Shown here: positions 56,241-64,000 of the stretch, in pieces | Layout of the letters: each line of letters starts with the position of its first letter | Numbering within the stretch: position 1 is the stretch's first letter | Assembly (NCBI GenBank): GCA_900538705.1 | Contig: UPZG01000008.1 | Coordinates: 10,585 to 74,584 of the forward strand | Source of the DNA: an uncultured Porphyromonadaceae bacterium | GTDB taxonomy: Bacteria; Bacteroidota; Bacteroidia; Bacteroidales; Barnesiellaceae_A | DNA length: 64,000 nt | Reading direction: 5' to 3' | Notes under the pieces: generated by a model | What the model saw: only the letters and a program-made list of their open reading frames with translations | Told to the model about the DNA's origin: nothing | The model's database searches: none | Program-made: the position numbers and the translations under genes

Positions 56241-57065
56241 ATGGCAGTACGTAAATTTCAGCCCGTTACACCGGGGCAGAGACACAAAGTTATTGGCGCG
56301 TTTGAAGAAATCACTGCTACCGCGCCAGAGAAATCTCTTATAGTTGGTAAGAGAAAAACCGGCGGACGTAACAATGAAGGCCACCTGACGATGCGTTACA
56401 TCGGTGGCGGTCACAAAAAACGTTACAGACTTATAGACTTTAAGAGAGACAAAGACGGTGTGCCGGCAGTTGTAAAGACAATCGAATACGATCCTAACCG
56501 TTCGGCTCGTATCGCATTGCTCTTTTATGTTGACGGTGAAAAAAGGTACATCATTGCACCCAACGGTTTGGAAGTTGGCATGCGCGTTGTAAGTGGTTCG
56601 GAAGCTGCTCCTGAAATAGGAAACGCTCTTCCGTTGAAAGATATACCTGTCGGTACTATCATCCACAACATCGAGCTTCGCCCCGGACAAGGCGCATCTA
56701 TGGTGCGTTCGGCCGGAACTTTTGCCCAACTTACTTCGAAGGAAGGCGACTACGCAATCATCAAATTGCCTTCAGGCGAGACCCGTAAAGTCTTGGCAAC
56801 TTGCAAAGCTACTGTCGGTAGCGTAGGTAACTCAGACCATGCTCTCGAGCAATCGGGTAAGGCAGGTCGCTCACGCTGGTTGGGACGTCGTCCTCGCAAC
56901 CGCGGCGTTGTCATGAACCCAGTCGATCACCCAATGGGTGGTGGCGAAGGGCGTGCTTCGGGTGGACATCCTCGTTCGCGTAAGGGCCTTTATGCTAAGG
57001 GCTTGAAGACAAGAGCTCCTAAGAAGCAATCTTCGAAGTATATAATAGAAAGAAGGAAAAAGTAA
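56241..57065 (+). CDS. rplB: 50S ribosomal protein L2
   Basis: 274-aa ORF with [22 protein letters not shown] and [13 protein letters not shown]. Confidence 0.98.
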   Translation: MAVRKFQPVTPGQRHKVIGAFEEITATAPEKSLIVGKRKTGGRNNEGHLTMRYIGGGHKKRYRLIDFKRDKDGVPAVVKTIEYDPNRSARIALLFYVDGEKRYIIAPNGLEVGMRVVSGSEAAPEIGNALPLKDIPVGTIIHNIELRPGQGASMVRSAGTFAQLTSKEGDYAIIKLPSGETRKVLATCKATVGSVGNSDHALEQSGKAGRSRWLGRRPRNRGVVMNPVDHPMGGGEGRASGGHPRSRKGLYAKGLKTRAPKKQSSKYIIERRKK

Positions 57066-57085
57066 TCTGAAAAACTGAAAAGAAC

Positions 57086-57355
57086 ATGAGTCGTTCATTA
57101 AAAAAAGGCCCGTTTATCAGCGTGAAGCTCGAAAAGAAAATCGCAGACATGGATGCTACCGGTAAAAAATCGGTGATAAAAACATGGTCGCGTGCTTCTA
57201 TGATTTCTCCCGACTTCGTAGGACATACTTTCGCAGTACACAATGGTAACAAATTTATTCCTGTATATGTTACAGAAAACATGGTAGGTCACAAGTTGGG
57301 TGAGTTTGCTCCCACTCGTATCTTCCGTGGTCACAGTGGTAACAAGAAAAAATAA
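57086..57355 (+). CDS. rpsS: 30S ribosomal protein S19
   Basis: 89-aa ORF beginning [10 protein letters not shown], with [35 protein letters not shown]. Confidence 0.97.
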   Translation: MSRSLKKGPFISVKLEKKIADMDATGKKSVIKTWSRASMISPDFVGHTFAVHNGNKFIPVYVTENMVGHKLGEFAPTRIFRGHSGNKKK

Positions 57356-57399
57356 GGCCAGGGAATAGAAAATTTTTTAATACACAAAAGAATTAAGAA

Positions 57400-57807
57400 A
57401 TGGGTGCAAGAAAAAGAATATCAGCCGAAAAAAGAAAAGAAGCCCAGAAAACGCAATATTTCGCAAAGCTGAACAACGTGCCTTCTTCGCCTCGCAAAAT
57501 GCGCTTGGTGATAGATTTGATAAGAGGCATGGAAGTGTTCAAAGCTTTGGGTGTACTCAAGTTTTCGAATAAGGATGCTGCTCGCGGGGTTGAAAAGTTG
57601 CTCCGCTCGGCAATAGCCAACTGGGAGCAGAAGAATGAACGTAAGGCAGAGAGCGGAGAACTCTACATTTCGCGTGTTTTCGTCGATGCAGGTCCTATGC
57701 TCAAACGTCTGCGTCCGGCTCCTCAAGGAAGAGGTTACAGAATACGCAAGCGTTCCAACCACGTAACCTTGTTTGTAGATACAATTACTAAAAACGATCA
57801 AAACTAA
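57400..57807 (+). CDS. rplV: 50S ribosomal protein L22
   Basis: 135-aa ORF with [14 protein letters not shown] and [18 protein letters not shown]. Confidence 0.96.
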   Translation: MGARKRISAEKRKEAQKTQYFAKLNNVPSSPRKMRLVIDLIRGMEVFKALGVLKFSNKDAARGVEKLLRSAIANWEQKNERKAESGELYISRVFVDAGPMLKRLRPAPQGRGYRIRKRSNHVTLFVDTITKNDQN

Positions 57808-57814
57808 TTGCTCG

Positions 57815-58537
57815 ATGGGACAGAAAATTAATCCGATAAGTAACCGTTTAGGTATCATACGTGGATGGGATTCCAATTGGTATGGTCACTATAGCGACAG
57901 ACTGCTGGAAGACAGCAAAATACGTAAGTATCTGAATGCCCGTCTTGCCAAAGCCAGCGTTTCGCGCATCGTCATCGAGCGTACTCTTAAGCTCACTACT
58001 ATCACAGTATGCACGGCTCGTCCCGGTATCATCATAGGCAAAGGCGGCCAAGAAGTAGATAAGCTTAAAGAGGAATTGAAGAAGATAACCGACAAAGAGG
58101 TACAAATAAATATCTACGAGGTAAAACGCCCCGAACTCGATGCCGTTATCGTAGCCAACAATATAGCACGTCAAATAGAAGGCCGTATCGCTTATCGTCG
58201 TGCTGTGAAGATGGCTATTGCTTCTACTATGAGAATGGGTGCAGAAGGTATCAAAGTACAAATCTCAGGTCGTCTTAACGGTGCTGAAATGGCCCGCTCA
58301 GAGATGTACAAAGAGGGTCGTACTCCCTTGCATACACTTCGTGCCGATATCGACTACGCTTTGGTAGAGGCCCTTACAAAGGTGGGTATTATAGGAGTAA
58401 AAGTATGGATTTGCCGTGGTGAGGTATATGGCAAGCGCGACCTTGCCCCCTCGTTCACAACAAATGCCAAGGAATCACGCGGCATGAACAACGGCAACTC
58501 ACGTAAAGGCTTCAGAAAACCCAAAACAAATCGTTAA
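57815..58537 (+). CDS. rpsC: 30S ribosomal protein S3
   Basis: 240-aa ORF beginning [14 protein letters not shown], with a KH domain and [12 protein letters not shown]. Confidence 0.97.
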   Translation: MGQKINPISNRLGIIRGWDSNWYGHYSDRLLEDSKIRKYLNARLAKASVSRIVIERTLKLTTITVCTARPGIIIGKGGQEVDKLKEELKKITDKEVQINIYEVKRPELDAVIVANNIARQIEGRIAYRRAVKMAIASTMRMGAEGIKVQISGRLNGAEMARSEMYKEGRTPLHTLRADIDYALVEALTKVGIIGVKVWICRGEVYGKRDLAPSFTTNAKESRGMNNGNSRKGFRKPKTNR

Positions 58538-58557
58538 ACGCATTGAAACAGTAAACT

Positions 58558-58989
58558 ATGTTACAACCGAAGAAAACTAAATTTAGAAGACAACAGAAAG
58601 GGCGCATGAAAGGCATCGCCCAAAGGGGAAACCAGTTGGCATTCGGTTCATTTGGCATAAAGACATTGCAATCGAAATGGATTACCGGCCGTCAGATTGA
58701 GGCTGCCCGTATTGCAGTAACCCGTTACATGCAACGTCAAGGACAGATATGGATACGTATCTTCCCCGATAAACCGATAACGAAAAAGCCTGCCGAGGTG
58801 CGTATGGGTAAAGGTAAAGGTTCTCCCGAAGGATTTGTAGCTCCCGTAACACCAGGACGCGTACTTATCGAGGTAGAGGGCGTTCCCTATGAGATAGCAA
58901 AAGAGGCATTGCGTTTGGCAGCTCAAAAGCTTCCCGTAGTGACCAAATTTATAGTTCGTCGAGATTACGATGAGAGCCAAAATGTCTAA
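58558..58989 (+). CDS. rplP: 50S ribosomal protein L16
   Basis: 143-aa ORF beginning [19 protein letters not shown], with [11 protein letters not shown]. Confidence 0.97.
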   Translation: MLQPKKTKFRRQQKGRMKGIAQRGNQLAFGSFGIKTLQSKWITGRQIEAARIAVTRYMQRQGQIWIRIFPDKPITKKPAEVRMGKGKGSPEGFVAPVTPGRVLIEVEGVPYEIAKEALRLAAQKLPVVTKFIVRRDYDESQNV

Positions 58990-58992
58990 GTT

Positions 58993-59190
58993 ATGAAGAA
59001 AGAAGAAATCAAAGAACTGAGCACGAAAGAGCTCTGTGAGCGTCTCGACGCTGCTGTGGTAGCGCTCAACCAGTTGAAAATAAATCACAGCATCTCGCCC
59101 CTTGACAATCCTTCTCAACTGAAACATGACCGCAGAATGATTGCGCGTATGAAAAGCGAGTTGCGCAGCCGTGAACTTAACAACAAATAA
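58993..59190 (+). CDS. rpmC: 50S ribosomal protein L29
   Basis: 65-aa ORF at the expected operon position, with a helical KELSTKEL...LRFQ-type pattern. Confidence 0.93.
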   Translation: MKKEEIKELSTKELCERLDAAVVALNQLKINHSISPLDNPSQLKHDRRMIARMKSELRSRELNNK

Positions 59191-59194
59191 CGAC

Positions 59195-59452
59195 ATGGAA
59201 AGTAGAAATCTGAGAAAAGAGAAAGTCGGCGTTGTTTCGAGTAACAAAATGGATAAGACCATCGTCGTTACTGTTAAGTGGAAAGAGAAACACCCGATAT
59301 ATGGCAAGTTTGTCAACAAGACAAAGAAATACCATGCCCATGACGAGAAGAACGAATGCAACATTGGCGATACCGTACGTTTGATGGAAACTCGTCCGCT
59401 GAGCAAAACAAAAAGATGGAGATTAGTACAAATCATCGAAAGAGCTAAGTAA
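59195..59452 (+). CDS. rpsQ: 30S ribosomal protein S17
   Basis: ORF track 59171..59452 starts on GTG inside rpmC. The ATG at 59195 gives [25 protein letters not shown]...YHAHDE. Confidence 0.95.
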   Translation: MESRNLRKEKVGVVSSNKMDKTIVVTVKWKEKHPIYGKFVNKTKKYHAHDEKNECNIGDTVRLMETRPLSKTKRWRLVQIIERAK

Positions 59453-59454
59453 TT

Positions 59455-59823
59455 ATGATACAACAAGAATCAAGACTTACAGTAGCCGATAACAGTGGTG
59501 CCAAAGAGGCTCTCTGCATCCGCGTATTGGGTGGAACAGGACGCCGTTACGCATCGGTAGGCGATATCATCGTCGTTGCCGTCAAAAACGTCGTTCCCTC
59601 AAGCGATATGAAAAAAGGTACCGTGTCTAAGGCTGTTATTGTACGCACCAAGAAAGAAATACGTCGCCAAGACGGTTCTTACATCCGTTTCGATGACAAT
59701 GCGTGCGTGCTGTTGAACAATGCTGGCGAGTTGCGCGGCAGCCGTATTTTCGGGCCCGTTGCACGTGAGTTGCGCGCGGTAAACATGATGAAAATTGTGT
59801 CGTTAGCTCCCGAAGTTCTTTAA
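59455..59823 (+). CDS. rplN: 50S ribosomal protein L14
   Basis: 122-aa ORF beginning [18 protein letters not shown], with ...[11 protein letters not shown]. Confidence 0.98.
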   Translation: MIQQESRLTVADNSGAKEALCIRVLGGTGRRYASVGDIIVVAVKNVVPSSDMKKGTVSKAVIVRTKKEIRRQDGSYIRFDDNACVLLNNAGELRGSRIFGPVARELRAVNMMKIVSLAPEVL

Positions 59824-59843
59824 TCGAGTAAAAAACGAAACAA

Positions 59844-60164
59844 ATGAGCAAGTTACATATCAAGAAAGGCGACACCGTTTATGTAAATTCCGGCGATTCT
59901 AAAGGAAAAACCGGGCGCGTGTTGCGCGTGCTGGTAAAAGAGCAACGTGCTATCGTGGAAGGTGTCAACATGGTGACGAAAAGCACCAAACCCAATGCTA
60001 AAAACCCCCAAGGCGGTTTTGTAAAAAAAGAGGCTCCTATTCATATTTCCAACCTCAATGTGCTCGATCCTAAGACAGGTAAGCCTACGCGCATTGGGCG
60101 TCGCAAGAATGAAGCAGGCGTTACAGTACGTTTTTCTAAAAAATCAGGAGAGGAGATTAAGTAA
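59844..60164 (+). CDS. rplX: 50S ribosomal protein L24
   Basis: 106-aa ORF with the KOW motif [21 protein letters not shown]. Confidence 0.96.
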   Translation: MSKLHIKKGDTVYVNSGDSKGKTGRVLRVLVKEQRAIVEGVNMVTKSTKPNAKNPQGGFVKKEAPIHISNLNVLDPKTGKPTRIGRRKNEAGVTVRFSKKSGEEIK

Positions 60165-60721
60165 TGACAAATACAGCGAACCTTAAGAAAGACTATCTCG
60201 AAAGAATAGTGCCTGCTCTTGAAAAAGAGTTCAACTATACCACCGTGATGCAAGTCCCCGTATTGAAGAAGATTGTAATTAATCAAGGACTCGGACAAGC
60301 TACGGCCGATAAGAAGATCATAGAGACAGCCATCAACGAGCTCACTGCCATCACCGGTCAAAAAGCCGTTGCTACACTCTCTCGTAAGGATATATCAAAC
60401 TTCAAGTTGCGTAAGAAAATGCCTATTGGCGTTATGGTAACCCTTCGTCGTGAGCGCATGTACGAGTTCCTCGAGCGCCTTATCCGCGTGGCTCTGCCTC
60501 GTATTCGTGACTTCAAAGGTATAGAAGGCAAGCTCGACGGACGCGGCAATTATACGCTCGGTATCCAAGAGCAAATTATATTCCCCGAAATTAATCTCGA
60601 TGGAATTACCAAAATATTGGGAATGAATATTACCTTTGTAACTTCTGCGAAAACAGATGCCGAAGGCTATGCTCTTCTCAAAGAATTTGGCCTTCCTTTT
60701 AAGAACGCAAAAAAAGATTGA
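60164..60721 (+). CDS. rplE: 50S ribosomal protein L5
   Basis: 185-aa ORF with [16 protein letters not shown] and RDFKGI...[10 protein letters not shown]. Confidence 0.97.
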   Translation: MTNTANLKKDYLERIVPALEKEFNYTTVMQVPVLKKIVINQGLGQATADKKIIETAINELTAITGQKAVATLSRKDISNFKLRKKMPIGVMVTLRRERMYEFLERLIRVALPRIRDFKGIEGKLDGRGNYTLGIQEQIIFPEINLDGITKILGMNITFVTSAKTDAEGYALLKEFGLPFKNAKKD

Positions 60722-60724
60722 AAT

Positions 60725-61024
60725 ATGGCAAAAGAGTCAATGAAAGCCCGTGAGGTGAAAAGACAAAAGCTCGTAGCCAAGTATGCTGCACGCAAAGCCG
60801 AACTTAAAAAACTCGCCAAGAGTAACGACTATGATGTTGCTTACGAAGCTAATCGTGCCTTACAAAAACTGCCCAAAAATGCATCGTCGGTACGCCTGCA
60901 CAACCGTTGCCAACTCACCGGTCGTCCCAAAGGTTATATCCGTCAATTCGGCATTTCTCGTATTCAGTTCCGTGAAATGGCATCGGCAGGTCTCATCCCC
61001 GGCGTAAAGAAAGCCAGCTGGTAA
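60725..61024 (+). CDS. rpsN: 30S ribosomal protein S14 (long, non-zinc form)
   Basis: 99-aa ORF beginning [13 protein letters not shown] and ending ...[41 protein letters not shown]. Confidence 0.96.
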   Translation: MAKESMKAREVKRQKLVAKYAARKAELKKLAKSNDYDVAYEANRALQKLPKNASSVRLHNRCQLTGRPKGYIRQFGISRIQFREMASAGLIPGVKKASW

Positions 61025-61081
61025 AATTTTTTCAGTGTTAAATATTGTCTGGATGACCAGATCAATTTAAAACGTAAATTT

Positions 61082-61477
61082 ATGACAGATCCAATTGCAG
61101 ATTACCTCACACGAGTGAGAAACGCCATCAAGGCTCAACATAGAGTCGTTGAGGTGCCCGCTTCAAACTTGAAGAAGGAAATCACAAAAATCCTTTTTGA
61201 CAAAGGTTACATCTTGAACTACAAGTTCATACAAGAAGGTGTAAAAGGCACTATTAAGATAGCCTTGAAGTACGACCCGGTAAGCAAAGTAAATGCTATC
61301 AAGAATTTGGAGCGCATTTCTACTCCGGGTTTGCGTCGTTACACAGGTTATAAAGACATGCCTCGCGTACTGAATGGTTTAGGTATCGCCATCATATCTA
61401 CCTCTAAGGGCGTAATGACAGATAAGGAAGCCCGTGAGATGAAGATAGGCGGCGAAGTTTTGTGTTACATCTATTAA
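61082..61477 (+). CDS. rpsH: 30S ribosomal protein S8
   Basis: 131-aa ORF beginning MTDPIADYLTRVRNA, with ...GGEVLCYIY. Confidence 0.97.
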   Translation: MTDPIADYLTRVRNAIKAQHRVVEVPASNLKKEITKILFDKGYILNYKFIQEGVKGTIKIALKYDPVSKVNAIKNLERISTPGLRRYTGYKDMPRVLNGLGIAIISTSKGVMTDKEAREMKIGGEVLCYIY

Positions 61478-61493
61478 TGAAGGAGGATTACTT

Positions 61494-62051
61494 ATGAGTA
61501 GAATAGGAAAATTGCCCATCGCTATCCCCGCTGGTGTAACTGTAACCGTAGATGGTAACAATGTCGTAACTGTAAAAGGCGCAAAAGGCGAGCTCAAGCA
61601 ACAAGTTGCTCCCTCTATTACTGTAAAAGTAGAAAATGGGCATGTTGAGCTTTCGCGTATCAACGATGAAAAAGCTAACCGTTCGTTACATGGACTATAT
61701 CGTGCGCTCATCCACAACATGGTAGTGGGCGTATCTGAAGGTTACAAGAAAGAATTGGAACTCGTAGGTGTTGGTTACCGTGCACAAAGCAATGGCCAAG
61801 TATTGGAGCTTTCGCTTGGTTTCTCACACTCTATAGTTATTAAGCTGCCTGCCGAAATAAAGGTAGAAGCAAAAACCGAAAGAAATAAAAACCCGATGAT
61901 TATCCTTGAGTCTTATGACAAGCAACTCTTGGGTCAAGTTTGCGCAAAAATACGTTCACTTCGCAAACCCGAGCCTTACAAGGGTAAAGGTATTCGCTTT
62001 GTTGGCGAAATCGTTCGTCGTAAGTCTGGTAAGTCGGCTGGTGCTAAATAA
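61494..62051 (+). CDS. rplF: 50S ribosomal protein L6
   Basis: 185-aa ORF beginning MSRIGKLPIAIPAGV, with ...PEPYKGKGIRF. Confidence 0.97.
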   Translation: MSRIGKLPIAIPAGVTVTVDGNNVVTVKGAKGELKQQVAPSITVKVENGHVELSRINDEKANRSLHGLYRALIHNMVVGVSEGYKKELELVGVGYRAQSNGQVLELSLGFSHSIVIKLPAEIKVEAKTERNKNPMIILESYDKQLLGQVCAKIRSLRKPEPYKGKGIRFVGEIVRRKSGKSAGAK

Positions 62052-62072
62052 TTCATGTAAAACGGTATCACT

Positions 62073-62417
62073 ATGACAACGAAAAAAATAGAAAGAAGAA
62101 TAAAGATAAAAACCCGTATTCGCGGAATCATATCGGGTACAGCCCAACGTCCCCGCATGACGGTTTTTAGAAGCAATAAGCAAATCTACGTGCAATTGGT
62201 AGACGACCTCGAAGGTAAGACGTTGGCAGCTGCTTCGTCGAAAGGTATCGAGGGCGGTACCAAAACAGAACAAGCTGCAAAAGTAGGTGCCGAGATTGCA
62301 AAGAAAGCCCAGGAAGCAGGTATTACTACAGTCGTTTTCGATCGTAACGGATACTTGTATCATGGTCGTGTTAAAGAATTGGCTAACGCCGCCCGTAACG
62401 GAGGACTTAAATTTTAA
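62073..62417 (+). CDS. rplR: 50S ribosomal protein L18
   Basis: 114-aa ORF with [20 protein letters not shown] and [26 protein letters not shown]. Confidence 0.97.
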   Translation: MTTKKIERRIKIKTRIRGIISGTAQRPRMTVFRSNKQIYVQLVDDLEGKTLAAASSKGIEGGTKTEQAAKVGAEIAKKAQEAGITTVVFDRNGYLYHGRVKELANAARNGGLKF

Positions 62418-62422
62418 TCATC

Positions 62423-62941
62423 ATGGCAGTAAGAAACAATAGAATAAAATCGACAAGTGACCTCGAGCTGAAGGACCGTTTGGTTGCTATCAACCGCGTG
62501 ACGAAAGTAACCAAAGGTGGTCGTACATTTAGTTTCTCGGCTATCGTCGTAGTTGGCGATGGTAACGGAATTGTAGGTTGCGGCCTTGGTAAAGCAAGCG
62601 AGGTGACGGCTGCCATTGCTAAAGGTGTAGAAGCAGCCAAGAAAAATCTTATCAAAGTACCCTTGTGCAAAGGTACAATTCCTCACGATCAGCTCGCCAA
62701 GTACGGCGGTGCATTGGTTTATATCAAACCTGCTTCGCACGGTACAGGTGTAAAGGCCGGTGGTGCTATGCGTGCTGTTCTTGAAAGCGTAGGTGTAACC
62801 GACGTATTGGCAAAATCGAAAGGCTCTTCCAATCCTCACAACTTGGTAAAAGCCACTCTCGTAGCTCTCTCGGAGTTGCGCGATGCTGCCATGGTTGCTC
62901 AAAATCGCGGCGTGTCGGTAGAGAAAGTGTTTAAAGGTTAA
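62423..62941 (+). CDS. rpsE: 30S ribosomal protein S5
   Basis: 172-aa ORF with [38 protein letters not shown]. Confidence 0.97.
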   Translation: MAVRNNRIKSTSDLELKDRLVAINRVTKVTKGGRTFSFSAIVVVGDGNGIVGCGLGKASEVTAAIAKGVEAAKKNLIKVPLCKGTIPHDQLAKYGGALVYIKPASHGTGVKAGGAMRAVLESVGVTDVLAKSKGSSNPHNLVKATLVALSELRDAAMVAQNRGVSVEKVFKG

Positions 62942-62959
62942 TCAGAAGGAGAGTATAAC

Positions 62960-63136
62960 ATGGAAACTATCAAAATTAAGCAAGTCAAAAGTCGTATCAA
63001 ATGTCCTGCACAGCAGAAAAAAGTTCTTGATTCACTGGGCTTGACCCGTATGGGTAGAGTGGTAGAACATAATGCTACTCCTCAAATTCTCGGCATGGTT
63101 GCCAAGGTAAGGCATCTGGTTGCCATTATAGACTAA
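62960..63136 (+). CDS. rpmD: 50S ribosomal protein L30
   Basis: Below the ORF-track size cut-off. My translation is METIKIKQVKSRIKCPAQQKKVLDSLGLTRMGRVVEHNATPQILGMVAKVRHLVAIID (58 aa), at the expected position between rpsE and rplO. Confidence 0.9.
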   Translation: METIKIKQVKSRIKCPAQQKKVLDSLGLTRMGRVVEHNATPQILGMVAKVRHLVAIID

Positions 63137-63168
63137 TATTTTATCCATCGAATTAAAACATTACAAAT

Positions 63169-63615
63169 ATGGATTTGAGTAATCTAAAACCCGCTCAAGG
63201 TTCTACCTTCTCCCGCAAACGTATCGGTCGCGGTCCCGGTTCGGGCAAAGGCGGTACGTCAACTCGCGGTCATAAAGGAGCCAAGCAGCGTTCTGGTTAT
63301 AAGACCAAGATAGGTTTCGAAGGCGGTCAGATGCCTTTGCAACGTCGCGTCCCGAAATTCGGTTTTAAGAATTTCAACCGTGTGGAATACAAGGCTGTAA
63401 ATATTGAGATGCTCCAGTCTATCGCCGAAAGCAAAAAGCTTCAAGCCATAGACCTTCAGGTACTCGCCGATGCAGGTCTTGTCTCAACTAAACAAAAAGT
63501 AAAAATTCTTGGTAAAGGTACTCTCTCAGTGCCCCTTACGGTGACAGCACATGCCTTCTCGAAAACGGCAGAAGCTGCTATCGTTGCCGCTGGTGGAACA
63601 GTAGTCAAACTCTGA
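63169..63615 (+). CDS. rplO: 50S ribosomal protein L15
   Basis: 148-aa ORF with GRGPGSGKGGTSTRGHKGAKQRSG and GFEGGQMPLQRRVPK. Confidence 0.97.
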   Translation: MDLSNLKPAQGSTFSRKRIGRGPGSGKGGTSTRGHKGAKQRSGYKTKIGFEGGQMPLQRRVPKFGFKNFNRVEYKAVNIEMLQSIAESKKLQAIDLQVLADAGLVSTKQKVKILGKGTLSVPLTVTAHAFSKTAEAAIVAAGGTVVKL

Positions 63616-63619
63616 TACA

Positions 63620-64000
63620 ATGAGAGCAATAGAAACCCTGAAAAATATTTGGAGAATCGAAGATTTGCGTAAGCGAATCATCACGACAATCCTGTTGGTG
63701 CTCGTATACCGGATAGGCTCATATGTAGTCCTTCCCGGTGTCGACCCCGACAGCCTCGATCAACTGCGCAACCAAACAAGTTCTGGTTTGATGCAGTTGC
63801 TCGATATGTTCTCGGGTGGCGCTTTCTCCAATGCGTCAATTTTTGCACTCGGTATCATGCCCTATATCACGGCTTCTATCGTGATACAATTGCTGGGTAT
63901 GGTATTGCCTTCTTTCCAGAAGATGCAACGTGAGGGCGAAAGTGGACGTATGAAGCTCAATCAGTATACGCGTTACCTCACAGTTTTGATTCTTCTCTTG
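63620..64000 (+). CDS. secY: Preprotein translocase subunit SecY (5' part; continues beyond the window)
   Basis: Absent from the ORF track because it is open-ended. My translation from the ATG at 63620 is MRAIETLKNIWRIEDLRKRIITTILLVLVYRIGSYVVLPGVD...LDMFSGGAFSNASIFALGIMPYITASIVIQLL. Confidence 0.93.
   Translation, partial: MRAIETLKNIWRIEDLRKRIITTILLVLVYRIGSYVVLPGVDPDSLDQLRNQTSSGLMQLLDMFSGGAFSNASIFALGIMPYITASIVIQLLGMVLPSFQKMQREGESGRMKLNQYTRYLTVLILLL

Noticed and set aside
1-64000. CRISPR arrays, rRNA genes, IS elements, prophage or known defence-system genes
   Set aside because: Reading both strands, I saw no spaced direct repeats, transposase, integrase, reverse transcriptase or nuclease-helicase signatures. 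All long ORFs are accounted for by the features listed.

Overview
The window looks like a chromosomal segment of a Bacteroidota (probably Bacteroidales) genome. The taxon call is an inference from four things: repeated TTTG-N20-TAnnTTTG promoter motifs, a T9SS C-terminal sorting domain, lipoprotein-type Omp85 (TamL-like) genes next to tamB, and an frdCAB plus DUF4271/DUF3098 gene context.

Gene order, left to right:
- a cobalamin-riboswitch-controlled btuB plus surface-lipoprotein module, cut by the window edge
- an orphan 8-TM membrane protein
- tRNA-Arg(TCT)
- a ~3.2 kb AT-rich insert carrying three exported proteins of unknown function
- a T9SS-sorted protein built from a tandem-duplicated module
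- an AraC regulator divergent from an RND efflux operon (MFP, RND pump, TolC-like)
- a TAM locus: tamB with two paralogous lipoprotein Omp85 genes, with an acyl-ACP thioesterase and a PepSY-like protein in between
- mntP, an MsbA-like ABC exporter and a plug-plus-barrel outer-membrane protein
- tRNA-Gln(TTG), tyrS, rnpA-yidD-tatD, hemD, DUF4271, LOG and an epimerase
- frdCAB
- the queA-truB-uppP-DUF3098-ftsX string, headed by a zinc-ribbon methyltransferase
- a GlmU-like gene divergent from an AsnB-like gene that has lost both catalytic motifs
- the str-S10-spc ribosomal cluster, rpsL through the 5' part of secY

I saw no CRISPR array, rRNA, transposase, integrase or recognisable defence system.

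The most unusual stretch is the AT-rich three-gene exported-protein insert (about 4.26-7.52 kb) and its T9SS neighbour. Next come the doubly degenerate AsnB-like gene and the two-paralog TAM locus. The rest is ordinary housekeeping. Family assignments come from reading the translated ORFs by eye; no searches were run.
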